Assembly (NCBI GenBank): GCA_038146705.1 | Contig: JAYQSB010000002.1 | Coordinates: forward strand, 8,688-72,687 | DNA length: 64,000 nucleotides | Direction: 5' to 3' | Source of the DNA: Candidatus Poseidoniales archaeon | GTDB taxonomy: Archaea > Thermoplasmatota > Poseidoniia > Poseidoniales > Poseidoniaceae | Shown here: one piece after another, positions 18,932-28,569 of the stretch | Layout of the letters: each line of letters starts with the position of its first letter | How positions within the stretch are numbered: the first letter of the stretch is position 1 | Made by a program: the position numbers and the translations under genes | Notes under the pieces: generated by a model | Told to the model about the DNA's origin: nothing | What the model saw: the letters and a program-made list of their open reading frames with translations, nothing else | The model's database searches: none

Positions 18932-19523
18932 GTGTCCCTGCCCAACCGTCTTTTGCCCCAGCACGCAGAGAAATTACATTTTCAAAACCAATCTCACGAA
19001 GGGAATCTTGCCATTCTTCTTCACTCATTGTGGTCATATGAACATTTAATTTCTCAGGCCAAGAATGACTCGATTCGTTTTCAGTGTAGTGGTCTATGCC
19101 AAATATAAGCCAGCCTCCAGAGGCAATCCAATCTGTAGAGATGTTGCGAAGAAATTGTTTCGGATTTTCGAGATAATACATGAATTCCATGCTCATGACA
19201 AGGTCAAATTTCTCTTCCGGAATCCATCCAGGAAGTTGTGCATGGACATACTCGCCCTCGGGATCAATGTCCCTCGCTTTTGCAATCATCTCCTCAGCAC
19301 CATCAATTCCAGTAGCGTGAACACATGAATCGAATGAAAGTAATTTACGTACAACCCACCCATTTCCACAACCAATGTCAATCGCTTTGAACGGTTTTTC
19401 CATACGATGAATCGCTTGCTCTAACATAACTGAAACTGACGCAGCGTGCCCTTCTTCCATTCCAACATCTTTACCGATTTTTGCCCATTCAGAAAAGACA
19501 TCAGTCGCTTTTTTTAAGCCCAT
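18906..19523 (-). CDS. Class I SAM-dependent methyltransferase.
   Basis: Motif I AIDIGCGNGWVVRKL. The Rossmann-fold pattern is typical of small-molecule/Methyltransf_11-type enzymes. Confidence 0.65.
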   Translation of the reverse strand: MGLKKATDVFSEWAKIGKDVGMEEGHAASVSVMLEQAIHRMEKPFKAIDIGCGNGWVVRKLLSFDSCVHATGIDGAEEMIAKARDIDPEGEYVHAQLPGWIPEEKFDLVMSMEFMYYLENPKQFLRNISTDWIASGGWLIFGIDHYTENESSHSWPEKLNVHMTTMSEEEWQDSLREIGFENVISLRAGAKDGWAGTLILVAQAR

Positions 19524-19594
19524 ACAACGGCCACTTCTCCGATGTCAATAAATCTCACGACAATAGAAAAAAACTTGTTCCTCAACCATTTGCC

Positions 19595-20560
19595 ATGAAC
19601 ATGCAAATATCACAAGAGTCAATCGATGATGTTCTTTATCCAAAACTTGAAGCTCATTCAACTGGCTTTCTTCAAGTCACCTCGCTCCATACAATCTTCT
19701 GGGAAAGGTCTGGAAACCCAGAAGGTATCCCGGTCATTGTTATTCACGGCGGGCCAGGTGGCGGAAGTCAACCGTCGTATAGACAATACTTCAATCCAGA
19801 AAAATTCGATATCATTCAATTTGATCAACGAGGTTGTGGAAAATCGACGCCTCATGCCGAATTAACAGAAAACAACACTCAAGCCTCAGTGCAGGATATC
19901 GAAGCATTGCGAGAGCATTTTGGAATTGAACAATGGCATGTATTTGGAGGCTCCTGGGGTTCAACCCTTTCTCTTATCTATGCACAACATCACCCGAATC
20001 GTGTCCTAAGTTTAATTCTTAGAGGAATTTTCATGTGCCGCAAGAGTGAATTGCATTGGTTTTACCAAGATGGTGCAAGCCATATTTTCCCGGACGCCTT
20101 TGATTCATACCGAGACCATATTCCACTTGAAGAACAACACGATTTAATTCGAGCATATTACACAAGATTGACAGATGATAATGTCGAGATTCGACGAGCA
20201 GCAGCACGTGAATGGACACGATGGGAAATGGCAACAAGCCGCCTTTTTCCTGACCCCGAATATCTTGATAAGGCTGAGGATTTGGATTTTGCAGTAGCAT
20301 TTGCCAGAATTGAATGCCATTATTTTATCAATGCCATTTTCGTCGAGGAGGCATATATCCTAAAGAATATTGAACAGGTTTCTCACATTCCTACTGTGAT
20401 TGTTCAAGGTCGCTATGATGTTGTTTGCCCCGCAAAAAGTGCATGGGAACTACATAAGGCCATGAAAACGAGCCAACTCATTATTGTACCAGACGCAGGA
20501 CACTCCATGGGCGAAGTTGGAATTGCACGTGAATTGGTGTCTGCAACTGATAAAATTTAA
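19595..20560 (+). CDS. pip: Proline iminopeptidase (prolyl aminopeptidase, S33 alpha/beta hydrolase).
   Basis: PVIVIHGGPGGGS...FDQRGCGKSTPH...HVFGGSWGSTLSLIYAQHHP matches the PIP signature including the GxSxG nucleophile. Start taken at the internal ATG (MNMQIS) clear of the convergent MTase. Confidence 0.8.
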   Translation: MNMQISQESIDDVLYPKLEAHSTGFLQVTSLHTIFWERSGNPEGIPVIVIHGGPGGGSQPSYRQYFNPEKFDIIQFDQRGCGKSTPHAELTENNTQASVQDIEALREHFGIEQWHVFGGSWGSTLSLIYAQHHPNRVLSLILRGIFMCRKSELHWFYQDGASHIFPDAFDSYRDHIPLEEQHDLIRAYYTRLTDDNVEIRRAAAREWTRWEMATSRLFPDPEYLDKAEDLDFAVAFARIECHYFINAIFVEEAYILKNIEQVSHIPTVIVQGRYDVVCPAKSAWELHKAMKTSQLIIVPDAGHSMGEVGIARELVSATDKI

Positions 20561-20648
20561 TCAAGGAAAATTAGCCATGAATTTGGATTGTTGAAGCGTC
20601 GGCTTGATATGTAAGGCCAATGTGGGTAATAATTAGGCGTAGCCTAGG

Positions 20649-21431
20649 GTGACCAGTATGACAGACGGCACGATAACAGATGACGTTCGAATCAAGGAGT
20701 TAGAAGAGGCTCTTTCGACTGAGACAGACCGACTTCAGAAACTCTTTGCAGCGTATGAAACCCAAGAAAAAGAGTTGGTTGATGCAAGAGCGGAAATCGA
20801 AGTTTTGGAAAAGGAAATTATCGACCGTGAAATCGAAAAAGAATCATTAGAATCCATTATCGCTGAGAAAGATGTACGCCTACGTGAATTAGAGCGTAAA
20901 GCGACAACATCATTGAAACGAGTTGAACACCTTGAGCCAGAACTCGATAAGATGGAAGAAAAATATACAAGAGAAAAAGATCGGCTAGGTAAAGTCTTCT
21001 CCATTGCAGAAGAACTTGATAACGACTTACGATTAGCTGTAGCAGAAATGTCTGCACGTGATACGTGGTACATGGACCACATGGCATTGTTTGAAGAATT
21101 AAACAAAGCGATCAAGGAACGTTACGATATGATTGAGCGAGCAGTTGACGCAGAGCGAAAATCACAACATCTTCGCCGAGCGTTCACTGAACGTGTGGAA
21201 GAACTCGTCGAAGCAAGGGCTGGGGAAATTTCTTCGGACCAAGAAGAACAAGTCGAAGAAGAACCAACAACGGAAGAAGAAAGCGAAGATGAGTCTGTCA
21301 CCGTTGATGAAGAACCTCAAGTTGACGAAACCGTCGAAGAAGACGAAGCAGAGGAAGAAGCAGGTGAAGATTCAGATGAAACAGAAGAACCTTCCACTTG
21401 GTCAGATGGAGAAGACCCTTGGTCATCCTAA
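20649..21431 (+). CDS. Coiled-coil protein with a strongly acidic C-terminal tail (hypothetical).
   Basis: Heptad-rich ELEEAL...EIEVLEKEIIDREIEKESLE segments. The tail is about 70 aa, roughly 50% Asp/Glu. Confidence 0.4.
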   Translation: MTSMTDGTITDDVRIKELEEALSTETDRLQKLFAAYETQEKELVDARAEIEVLEKEIIDREIEKESLESIIAEKDVRLRELERKATTSLKRVEHLEPELDKMEEKYTREKDRLGKVFSIAEELDNDLRLAVAEMSARDTWYMDHMALFEELNKAIKERYDMIERAVDAERKSQHLRRAFTERVEELVEARAGEISSDQEEQVEEEPTTEEESEDESVTVDEEPQVDETVEEDEAEEEAGEDSDETEEPSTWSDGEDPWSS

Positions 21432-21442
21432 TTGGTGAGAAG

Positions 21443-22306
21443 ATGGGCGGACTTGCCCCTGGAGGTTTAGCACCTGTTGTTACAACAGGTTGTATGGGAG
21501 TAAGTGCCCTTGTTGTTGGTTCAATTGTTGACCCAGTGGCTGGCCTTGTTCCGTTGTTTGGTATTCTTTGTATTATGATCTCGCTTTTTTTTGCTAATTT
21601 CTGGCGAGACCCAGATCGACCCATCCCAAAAGAAAACGGCATCATTTTGTCACCCGCCGACGGCCATGTCATGTTCATCAAGCGTGAACGTGCAATAGGC
21701 CGACGTCCATCAACCCAAGAAATTGAATCTGGAGATTACGTGAACGATTCGCTGACTGGGGATTGGTTCGAGAAACCACATGAGGCGCCTTTACAATTTG
21801 AAACTGAACAGCGGTTTGAAGAGGTGCCAAAAGGAGAAGAATCACCAACTGATGTTTGGCGTATTGCAGTATTTATGTCACCATTGGATGTCCATGTAAA
21901 CAGGAGTCCAATCGATGGTGAACTCGTCATAACCGAGCACAGAAAAGGCAAGGGATTGAAGCGTGGGCCGTTCTTACCTGCCTTCAAGAAAGAAAGCGAG
22001 TTTAACGAACGAGTTCGAAATGTGTTTGAATCTTCCGAAGGAGAACGTATCGAAATCACCCAAATTTCTGGTGCACTCGCCAGAACAATTGTTCCGTGGG
22101 TAATCGCACCATACACCCTTCGTCGAGGCCAACGAATCGGGATGATTCGTCTTGGTTCTCGCGTCGATATCAGAGTTGTCGCAGAAAAATATGAACCCAA
22201 CGTTGTTTCTGCCGATGACAAGAATCCAAAGTATCCCAAAGGTGAATTTGTCCAAGCGGGCTCAAGTATTCTTTTTGTATCACATCGTTTGGAGGAAGAT
22301 GAATGA
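21443..22306 (+). CDS. psd: Phosphatidylserine decarboxylase proenzyme (archaeal type).
   Basis: VFMSPLDVHVNRSPIDG matches the PSD core (F.SP.DYHR.H.P.G). IRLGSRVDI is the LGS(T) self-cleavage/pyruvoyl site. An N-terminal TM segment is present. Confidence 0.7.
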   Translation: MGGLAPGGLAPVVTTGCMGVSALVVGSIVDPVAGLVPLFGILCIMISLFFANFWRDPDRPIPKENGIILSPADGHVMFIKRERAIGRRPSTQEIESGDYVNDSLTGDWFEKPHEAPLQFETEQRFEEVPKGEESPTDVWRIAVFMSPLDVHVNRSPIDGELVITEHRKGKGLKRGPFLPAFKKESEFNERVRNVFESSEGERIEITQISGALARTIVPWVIAPYTLRRGQRIGMIRLGSRVDIRVVAEKYEPNVVSADDKNPKYPKGEFVQAGSSILFVSHRLEEDE

Positions 22307-23355
22307 AGTTTCTTCGTATACTCCCAGCATTTTGTTTACTCGCACTTGCTGCTGCACCAGCTTTGTATTACCAAGTTGGATTGTTCGTTTACTTTGAAAT
22401 TGCAAAAACTGATATTGATTGCACCAATCACGCTCCTTACAATACCCCTGCTGAATTTACCCCACATTTGTACCCAGAAAATGTCGAAGGATATACGCAT
22501 GAATGGAACCAATCCATTGCTCCTCAGATTGACCAATATTACATGGAAACATGGGAGAACGCTACAATTTATCTTGAAGATGAACCTATCACTATCTCTG
22601 CATGGTATGTAGAGCAAAATTCATCATCACCTTGGATTATCTTGGTTCACGGCATTCGTTCCTGCAAGGCAAATCATGAAGTCCTCATACCGGCAGGTAT
22701 GTTAGCGAAAAATGGGTTCAATGTTCTTATGCTCGACCTCAGAGACCATTGGGAAAGTACAGTGGAGGATGAATTGGTATCTGCAGGTCAACGCGAATGG
22801 CGTGATGTTCATGCGGCTTGGAACTGGCTCCAAACTGAAAAAGCCGCCTCACCTCAACAAATTGGTTTGTATGGTGCTTCGATGGGTGCGGGTACAGCTG
22901 CACTAGCATTTGCACAAGAACCACTCATACATGCAGCATTTTTGGATTCAGTGTATTATTCAATGGACAAAATTCTACGTGAAGAATTGGAATACCAAGG
23001 TCTACCATCTGTTCTTGTCGACGCAGGTGTTTTTGCAGGCAAGGTGTATTCGGGGGATGATATTGTTGACCTCGAGCCTTACGAAGCAGCGGACAAAATA
23101 AATGATCGTTGGATGTTTATCGCTCAATCAACCAACGACACACGTATCCGCATGCACCACGGAGAGAGCATGTGTGAGGCGGCTCGTGCAAACAGCCAAC
23201 ATGTCGAGTGTTGGTTTGAGCCCTCAGCAGTCCAATTCACAACAGAAGAGGGTGAGGAAGCAATCCTCGCTCATGTGACCTTAATGCTCACTCAACCGAA
23301 CGTGTATGAAGAGAAATTGGTTGAATTTTTCAACAACGCATTGACACCGGAGTGA
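22303..23355 (+). CDS. Secreted alpha/beta-hydrolase (esterase/peptidase-like).
   Basis: Signal peptide MKFLRILPAFCLLALAAAP. ILVHGIRS...LYGASMGAGTAALAF (GxSxG). Predicted catalytic Asp and His lie downstream. Confidence 0.55.
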   Translation: MKFLRILPAFCLLALAAAPALYYQVGLFVYFEIAKTDIDCTNHAPYNTPAEFTPHLYPENVEGYTHEWNQSIAPQIDQYYMETWENATIYLEDEPITISAWYVEQNSSSPWIILVHGIRSCKANHEVLIPAGMLAKNGFNVLMLDLRDHWESTVEDELVSAGQREWRDVHAAWNWLQTEKAASPQQIGLYGASMGAGTAALAFAQEPLIHAAFLDSVYYSMDKILREELEYQGLPSVLVDAGVFAGKVYSGDDIVDLEPYEAADKINDRWMFIAQSTNDTRIRMHHGESMCEAARANSQHVECWFEPSAVQFTTEEGEEAILAHVTLMLTQPNVYEEKLVEFFNNALTPE

Positions 23356-24500
23356 TTGATTTGACGGAGCATCAAACCATTTTGCAACCCAAGACCAAAC
23401 GTCTTCGTATTCATGATTTGGTCAAAGCTCCAGAAAACACAACATATGCTCAAAAAAAGAAAAATGCATGGGATGCGAAGGACCCGGCCCTCGTCTATCA
23501 AACGCCAGAAGTTACCTCCGACGGAACAGTCTGCCAAGCAGCAACGGTTATTTTGAGAACGAAAGGTTGTCATTGGTGGTGGTCATCCGGTTGTACGTTT
23601 TGTGGATATTTCAATGACACAAGAGACGATGTTACATCCGCTGATTTGCATGCACAGTGGGATGTTGCAAAGGAAAAATTGAATTCTTTTTCTGATGTAG
23701 ACATGGTGAAAGTATACACCTCGGGTAGTCTTTTGGAAGACAGAGAAATTCCCGTTGATTTTCAAGCAACAGTCCTACGTGATTGTCACGATTTAGGAAA
23801 AGAATTGATTGTTGAAAGCAGATGTGAACAATTGACTGAAGAAAAGTTGACATGGGCGACAAGTATCAATTCAAAATTCACTGTTGCTATAGGCCTTGAA
23901 GCCTATGATGATGAAGTTTTACGATTTCATGTAAATAAAGGATTCACTACTTCTTCATGGCATCGTGCAGTTGAGAACCTAAGAACATTCAATCTTCGAG
24001 TGAAGACATATCTTATGTTCAAGCCTCCATTCATGAGCGAAGTAGATGCACTTGATCATGCTGTATCTTGGATTTGTGCCGTCGCTCCACTCTCCGATGA
24101 AATATCGGTGAACCCAATGAACGTTCAAGGCGGTACGGTTATCGATCGATTGTACCGCAATGGCGACTACCATCCTCCCTGGCTTTGGTCGCTGGTTGAA
24201 ATGATTCAACGCAGTCATATGAAACTTGAACAAGAAGGGTGTTCAACCCGAATCATTGTCCATCCAACCGCAGGGGGAAAATTACGTGGATCTCACAATT
24301 GTGGACAATGTGATGCAGAAGTTGTCGCAGCGATTGAACGATATGCAGTTTCGGCATCATTAGCGGAATTTTCTGGCATCGAATGTACCTGCCAAAAACA
24401 ATGGAAATTAGAACTGGAATTAGAGAGAAATTTGCCAGTTCCATTGGGATTGTCTAAGCATAGAAGGACGCCTTCAAGAATCAAACTTCGCTCCCCATAA
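23352..24500 (+). CDS. Radical-SAM-like enzyme with a non-canonical Cx7CxxC cluster motif, possibly tRNA-modification (TIGR01210/RaSEA-like).
   Basis: KGCHWWWSSGCTFCGYFND with three Cys spaced Cx7CxxC. A TIM-barrel-like length follows. A C-terminal CGQCD motif is present. Confidence 0.35.
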   Translation: MIDLTEHQTILQPKTKRLRIHDLVKAPENTTYAQKKKNAWDAKDPALVYQTPEVTSDGTVCQAATVILRTKGCHWWWSSGCTFCGYFNDTRDDVTSADLHAQWDVAKEKLNSFSDVDMVKVYTSGSLLEDREIPVDFQATVLRDCHDLGKELIVESRCEQLTEEKLTWATSINSKFTVAIGLEAYDDEVLRFHVNKGFTTSSWHRAVENLRTFNLRVKTYLMFKPPFMSEVDALDHAVSWICAVAPLSDEISVNPMNVQGGTVIDRLYRNGDYHPPWLWSLVEMIQRSHMKLEQEGCSTRIIVHPTAGGKLRGSHNCGQCDAEVVAAIERYAVSASLAEFSGIECTCQKQWKLELELERNLPVPLGLSKHRRTPSRIKLRSP

Positions 24501-24596
24501 GTCTTGATTTTATTGAATCTCTCTTGAATGCTGTAACTGAATCTTTATGGATACCCGCCAAGTCGGGTGAGCATACCTCTTTGGTGTGTGAGCACG

Positions 24597-24869
24597 ATGA
24601 CCGACACTTCTGTTCTCCCTGATACTACTGTTGGAAACAACGAGCCTACGGCTTCACGAATGATGTTAACGCTCATGGTCGTTGCAATTCTAGGATTTTT
24701 TGCTCTCTTTTCAAATATTTTTGGTTGGGACAACATACCTCTCCTTGGCGAAATAGTTCCATTGATTGGCAACCTTGGTGGTGGCGGAATTTGGTACTAT
24801 CTTCTCGGCTTTATCGTCGGCATCGGTGCAATAGTAGCGACTTTAGTTGGAGAAATTCTAGTCGATTGA
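24597..24869 (+). CDS. Small hydrophobic membrane protein (2-3 TM, Gly-rich).
   Basis: MLTLMVVAILGFFALF...GNLGGGGIWYYLLGFIVGIGAIVATLVGEI. It lies immediately upstream of the EF-hand membrane protein. Confidence 0.35.
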   Translation: MTDTSVLPDTTVGNNEPTASRMMLTLMVVAILGFFALFSNIFGWDNIPLLGEIVPLIGNLGGGGIWYYLLGFIVGIGAIVATLVGEILVD

Positions 24870-24878
24870 GGTGACCAC

Positions 24879-26864
24879 ATGGATGTTGTTTTCATTTTCG
24901 GAATTCTTCTCGTAACCTCACTCTATTTCTTATCCCAGTCACTCTCGAAGGGAATTGGAGAAATGAAATCGGTTCTTTCTCAGATTGGTCTCTTCATCCT
25001 CAGGAAAAATCCACCGGGCCTTGTTGATTTGTTTAACGACGACGACGGTAGTGGAGCAAAAACATGGATGAATTTTGGCATGCTCTGGTTCTTCTTTGCA
25101 GGCATCATGGGTTTCCTCATTGGATGGCATACATACGACCCAACCGCCCTCAACTCCTTGTCCAGCGTTGGTTGGTCCTACGATGACGGGTCTGCTCTTG
25201 TCGACTTTACAACATCAGCACTGAACACAGCATTGTTGTTGGGGCTCGTGGGTAGTGGAATGGTCGTTGTTTCTCGAAATGCAAATGGCCGTTTGGCAAG
25301 TGAAGCAAATGCTTCAATGGTTGCAGTCCTTGTATCCGTGTTGCTTGTTACCCGACTCGTCCTACCGGGCCTTCTGGGGATTTTCGATGTCGATACATCA
25401 TCTGATGGATTTACAGTTCTCCTCCTCTCTCTTGAAACCCTCGCAATTGCGGCTCTCATGATTCCAGTCCTCATCAATTTGCTTTCCACAATTGGACAAT
25501 CAAAGGGTGAAACACTTTTGACGGGCTCATGGTTCATCATTATGGCAGTCACCGTGAAAATTTTCGGCTTGTTGTTCATCTTCTTTGGCGAATTAACAGA
25601 TTCCACACAAACCGTTTGGCTCGGTGAGCGTGTTGCAAATGGCTGGGCTATTCTCGCCCTCCTTCTCGGTATGGGGTACTATGTTGTACCCAAGGTCGCT
25701 GAAACACCAATCTGGTCGCCATCACTCCGTACAGCGAGTATGGTATTGTTGTTTGTCACGCCAAGTGTGTTTTTCATGACGACATCCAACAGTGGAAATT
25801 TCTTAACGAACATTGGCGCAATTCTTCTCACGCTCTCAATGTTGCCTTTGTTTGCAGCGAGCATTAACATTATGATGACAGCAACAGGCGGATTTGACAA
25901 AGTCATGAATCATCCAGGTGCACTTGCTGTACTTCTCGCATTCTTCCTCCTTCCATTCTTTGTTGTCGGTTCCTATTTCACAGCAATGGACGTCTTTGTC
26001 GGCTCAGGTGAATTTTCAAGTCTGGCAAGTGTTGTTGATATGGGTGCTATGTTCACCATAGGTGGACTTGTACTCGTTGGATCAGTCTTTACAACATATC
26101 CAATTGCATCAGGAAAAGCACTACCATCCTCATCGACGGCACATCTTTCAGTGTACATGATTTTTGTAGGTGGTCTCGCATCGACAATTGCCTACACAAT
26201 TGGGGAGTTCTCAACAATCACAGTCAACTCAATGGCCATCGAGGACGCAGTTGCAGATGTTGGCAGTTACTACCTCACAGGGTCAGTCCTGTTCTACATT
26301 TTACCCATTGGTGCACTTTTCGCAACGCTGTTGATGATACGTACAGGTATCTCTCATTCAGCACAATCCGTTTCGACCACAGAGGCTGATATCAAATCTT
26401 ACACATTGGTGACAGGCTCGAAAACAAGTATTCGTGAATTGATTGGAAGAGGTGTTGGCATCGATACAATACTCGTCCTTGCAGAACAAGGTCACGCGGA
26501 AGGCGGTACATCGCTTATTTCAGTTGGAGCCACACTCCATGATGATGAGATCACTGAAATCCCCGATAAAGAAGTTGACCACCTTCTCGTCGACCTTGCA
26601 AATCACCTTGTTGAGCAAAAGATGTCAGTCTTTGATTTGTTTAAACAATCCGACAAAGATGCAAGTGGCTCAATCGACGAGCAAGAACTCAGTGATATTT
26701 TCACAGGCATTGGCCATCAACTCTCAATGGCCCAGACCGCTGCTTTAGTTCGTCGATTTGATATCGATGGAGATGGTTCAATCAACCTTCCAGAACTCGA
26801 TATCCAAATAGCCCTCATCAATGCATCGTATACCGTTTCGCAAGCCTCCGATGAAGAAGAATGA
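24879..26864 (+). CDS. Polytopic membrane protein (about 12-14 TM) with two C-terminal EF-hand Ca2+-binding motifs.
   Basis: Many hydrophobic helices across the N-terminal 480 aa. The C-terminus has DKDASGSIDEQEL and DIDGDGSINLPEL, both canonical 12-residue EF-hand loops (D-x-D-x-[SD]-G-x-I-x-x-x-E). Confidence 0.6.
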   Translation: MDVVFIFGILLVTSLYFLSQSLSKGIGEMKSVLSQIGLFILRKNPPGLVDLFNDDDGSGAKTWMNFGMLWFFFAGIMGFLIGWHTYDPTALNSLSSVGWSYDDGSALVDFTTSALNTALLLGLVGSGMVVVSRNANGRLASEANASMVAVLVSVLLVTRLVLPGLLGIFDVDTSSDGFTVLLLSLETLAIAALMIPVLINLLSTIGQSKGETLLTGSWFIIMAVTVKIFGLLFIFFGELTDSTQTVWLGERVANGWAILALLLGMGYYVVPKVAETPIWSPSLRTASMVLLFVTPSVFFMTTSNSGNFLTNIGAILLTLSMLPLFAASINIMMTATGGFDKVMNHPGALAVLLAFFLLPFFVVGSYFTAMDVFVGSGEFSSLASVVDMGAMFTIGGLVLVGSVFTTYPIASGKALPSSSTAHLSVYMIFVGGLASTIAYTIGEFSTITVNSMAIEDAVADVGSYYLTGSVLFYILPIGALFATLLMIRTGISHSAQSVSTTEADIKSYTLVTGSKTSIRELIGRGVGIDTILVLAEQGHAEGGTSLISVGATLHDDEITEIPDKEVDHLLVDLANHLVEQKMSVFDLFKQSDKDASGSIDEQELSDIFTGIGHQLSMAQTAALVRRFDIDGDGSINLPELDIQIALINASYTVSQASDEEE

Positions 26865-26873
26865 GGGGCTGAT

Positions 26874-28154
26874 GTGAAGATTGGTTTGGTTGGCAAACCA
26901 AATGTCGGAAAATCGACATTCTTTAGTGCCTCGACGCTAGCTACCGTTGATATTGCGAATTACCCCTTTTGCACAATCGACCCAAACATCGGTGTCGCCT
27001 ATGTTCGTGCTCCATCTCCTTGCCCATGTAAGCAACTTCGCGAGAGATTAGAACACGAGGGAAGAATTTCAGATCACGACATGAACGATGAACGTAAAGG
27101 AAGTTTATGTGAACCTCGAACAGGTTTCTGCGTAAATCATCAACGATATATTCCAGTACAACTTGTCGATGTTGCGGGTTTGGTCCCTGGTGCACACGCA
27201 GGTCGAGGACGAGGTAATGCATTTCTTTCTGACCTTTCAAATTGCGATGCTTTGATTCATATTTTTGATGCATCTGGTTCGACAGATATTGAAGGTCAAT
27301 TTTTGGGATTTCAACAACCCTATGAACAGACCCTTGAACGTTCAATTCAAGAGATTGCTTTTCTAAAAGATGAACTTGACTCATGGGTTTTCCAGTTGCT
27401 CTCTGAGGGGTGGAGTCGTGGAACTCGACGTGTGCAATCAGAAGGCGAACGTGGATTCGGTTTATTTCTTCTCGATAAATTAAGTGGAATCGGTGCACAA
27501 AGCTCACATGTTAATCAGACAATACAGGATTTCATCCAACAAGGCGGCGATGTATCAACGCCCTGGGCCCTATCCGAAGAAGATCAGAGGAAAATTTCGA
27601 CGATGTTGCGTCAACGAATTTTTCCAATCGTTTATGCAGGAAACAAGTGTGATAAAACCGATCATCTCGAAGTCTTAAAACAAGAGTTACCAATCGATTT
27701 TACACCATGCCTAGCAGATTTAGAATTAGCATTACGACGTGCAACAGAATCGAAACTTATTCATTATACACCGGGCAATTCTTCTTTTACGATTTCAGAA
27801 GATTCAACATTATCGGAACCTCAGCAACGTGCATTAGAACAAATGCAGTTGTTGTTGCAGCAACATTCCTCAACTGGAGTCTTGCCTTTACTGGAAAAAA
27901 TCGTTTTCGAGATTCTTGAACATGTTGTTGTGTATCCAGTTCAGGATGAGAATCATTGGTTGGATGGTGAACAACGAGTCTTACCTGATGCATTTCTTGT
28001 CGAATCTTCATCAACATGCAAAGAAATGGCCTACAAGGTACATTCTGATTTGGGCGATGGTTTTATTCGAGCCATTCACGGTGTCACAAAACGAACAATT
28101 GGAGCAGATTACATCGTTCAAGATAACGATGTCATCAAAATTCATTCAAAATAA
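26874..28154 (+). CDS. Obg/YchF-superfamily GTPase (Ygr210-like) with a C-terminal TGS domain.
   Basis: G1 GKPNVGKST at the extreme N-terminus. G2 [10 protein letters not shown]3 DVAGLV, G4 NKCD. A Cys-rich insert follows. The TGS-like end reads [10 protein letters not shown]. Confidence 0.65.
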   Translation: MKIGLVGKPNVGKSTFFSASTLATVDIANYPFCTIDPNIGVAYVRAPSPCPCKQLRERLEHEGRISDHDMNDERKGSLCEPRTGFCVNHQRYIPVQLVDVAGLVPGAHAGRGRGNAFLSDLSNCDALIHIFDASGSTDIEGQFLGFQQPYEQTLERSIQEIAFLKDELDSWVFQLLSEGWSRGTRRVQSEGERGFGLFLLDKLSGIGAQSSHVNQTIQDFIQQGGDVSTPWALSEEDQRKISTMLRQRIFPIVYAGNKCDKTDHLEVLKQELPIDFTPCLADLELALRRATESKLIHYTPGNSSFTISEDSTLSEPQQRALEQMQLLLQQHSSTGVLPLLEKIVFEILEHVVVYPVQDENHWLDGEQRVLPDAFLVESSSTCKEMAYKVHSDLGDGFIRAIHGVTKRTIGADYIVQDNDVIKIHSK

Positions 28155-28541
28155 TCAATGTCCCTTGGGTCGGTCGTATTGTGGAGTGAGTCGTGCCATA
28201 TCCCCAGAGAATTTTCCACCTCTGTAGATAAACCATACTGGACCTAAGAGGGTGAGCAAGAGAATCAAGACGAGAAAATATGTGCCCCATGGCTTGATAC
28301 CTGAGAGAAAGACAATCCACAACGTCCAGAGCACAGGAATGTAAAGAAGAATACTGTATCTTCGTGCAACAGTTCCGAAACGGGCATTTGCTAGATCCCC
28401 AGTGTACATATTCGGAGCATCATCCTTGTTGACGAGGCCGAGGTCGAGAGCACATCGCACACATACCTGAGTTTTAGGACCATTTCCATGAATAAACTGT
28501 TCTCTTGGATAGGTACTCGCACAATGTCTGCATGTCGGCAT
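28155..28541 (-). CDS. Small zinc-ribbon membrane protein (CxxC...CxxC plus 2 TM).
   Basis: Start trimmed to MPTCRHC...CVRCALD. The longer listed ORF overlaps the end of pabAB in another frame. Two TM helices follow the Cys pairs. Confidence 0.4.
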   Translation of the reverse strand: MPTCRHCASTYPREQFIHGNGPKTQVCVRCALDLGLVNKDDAPNMYTGDLANARFGTVARRYSILLYIPVLWTLWIVFLSGIKPWGTYFLVLILLLTLLGPVWFIYRGGKFSGDMARLTPQYDRPKGH

Positions 28542-28569
28542 AGTCTCCCCAACCCATCGGAAATGAACC

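Noticed and set aside
21133-21681. Lys-rich ORF 21133..21438 (+) and ORF 21298..21681 (-) overlapping the acidic tail gene and the psd start.
   Set aside because: These are frame-shifted readings of the GAA/GAT-rich acidic-tail DNA (poly-K/E artefacts), and they overlap well-supported genes.
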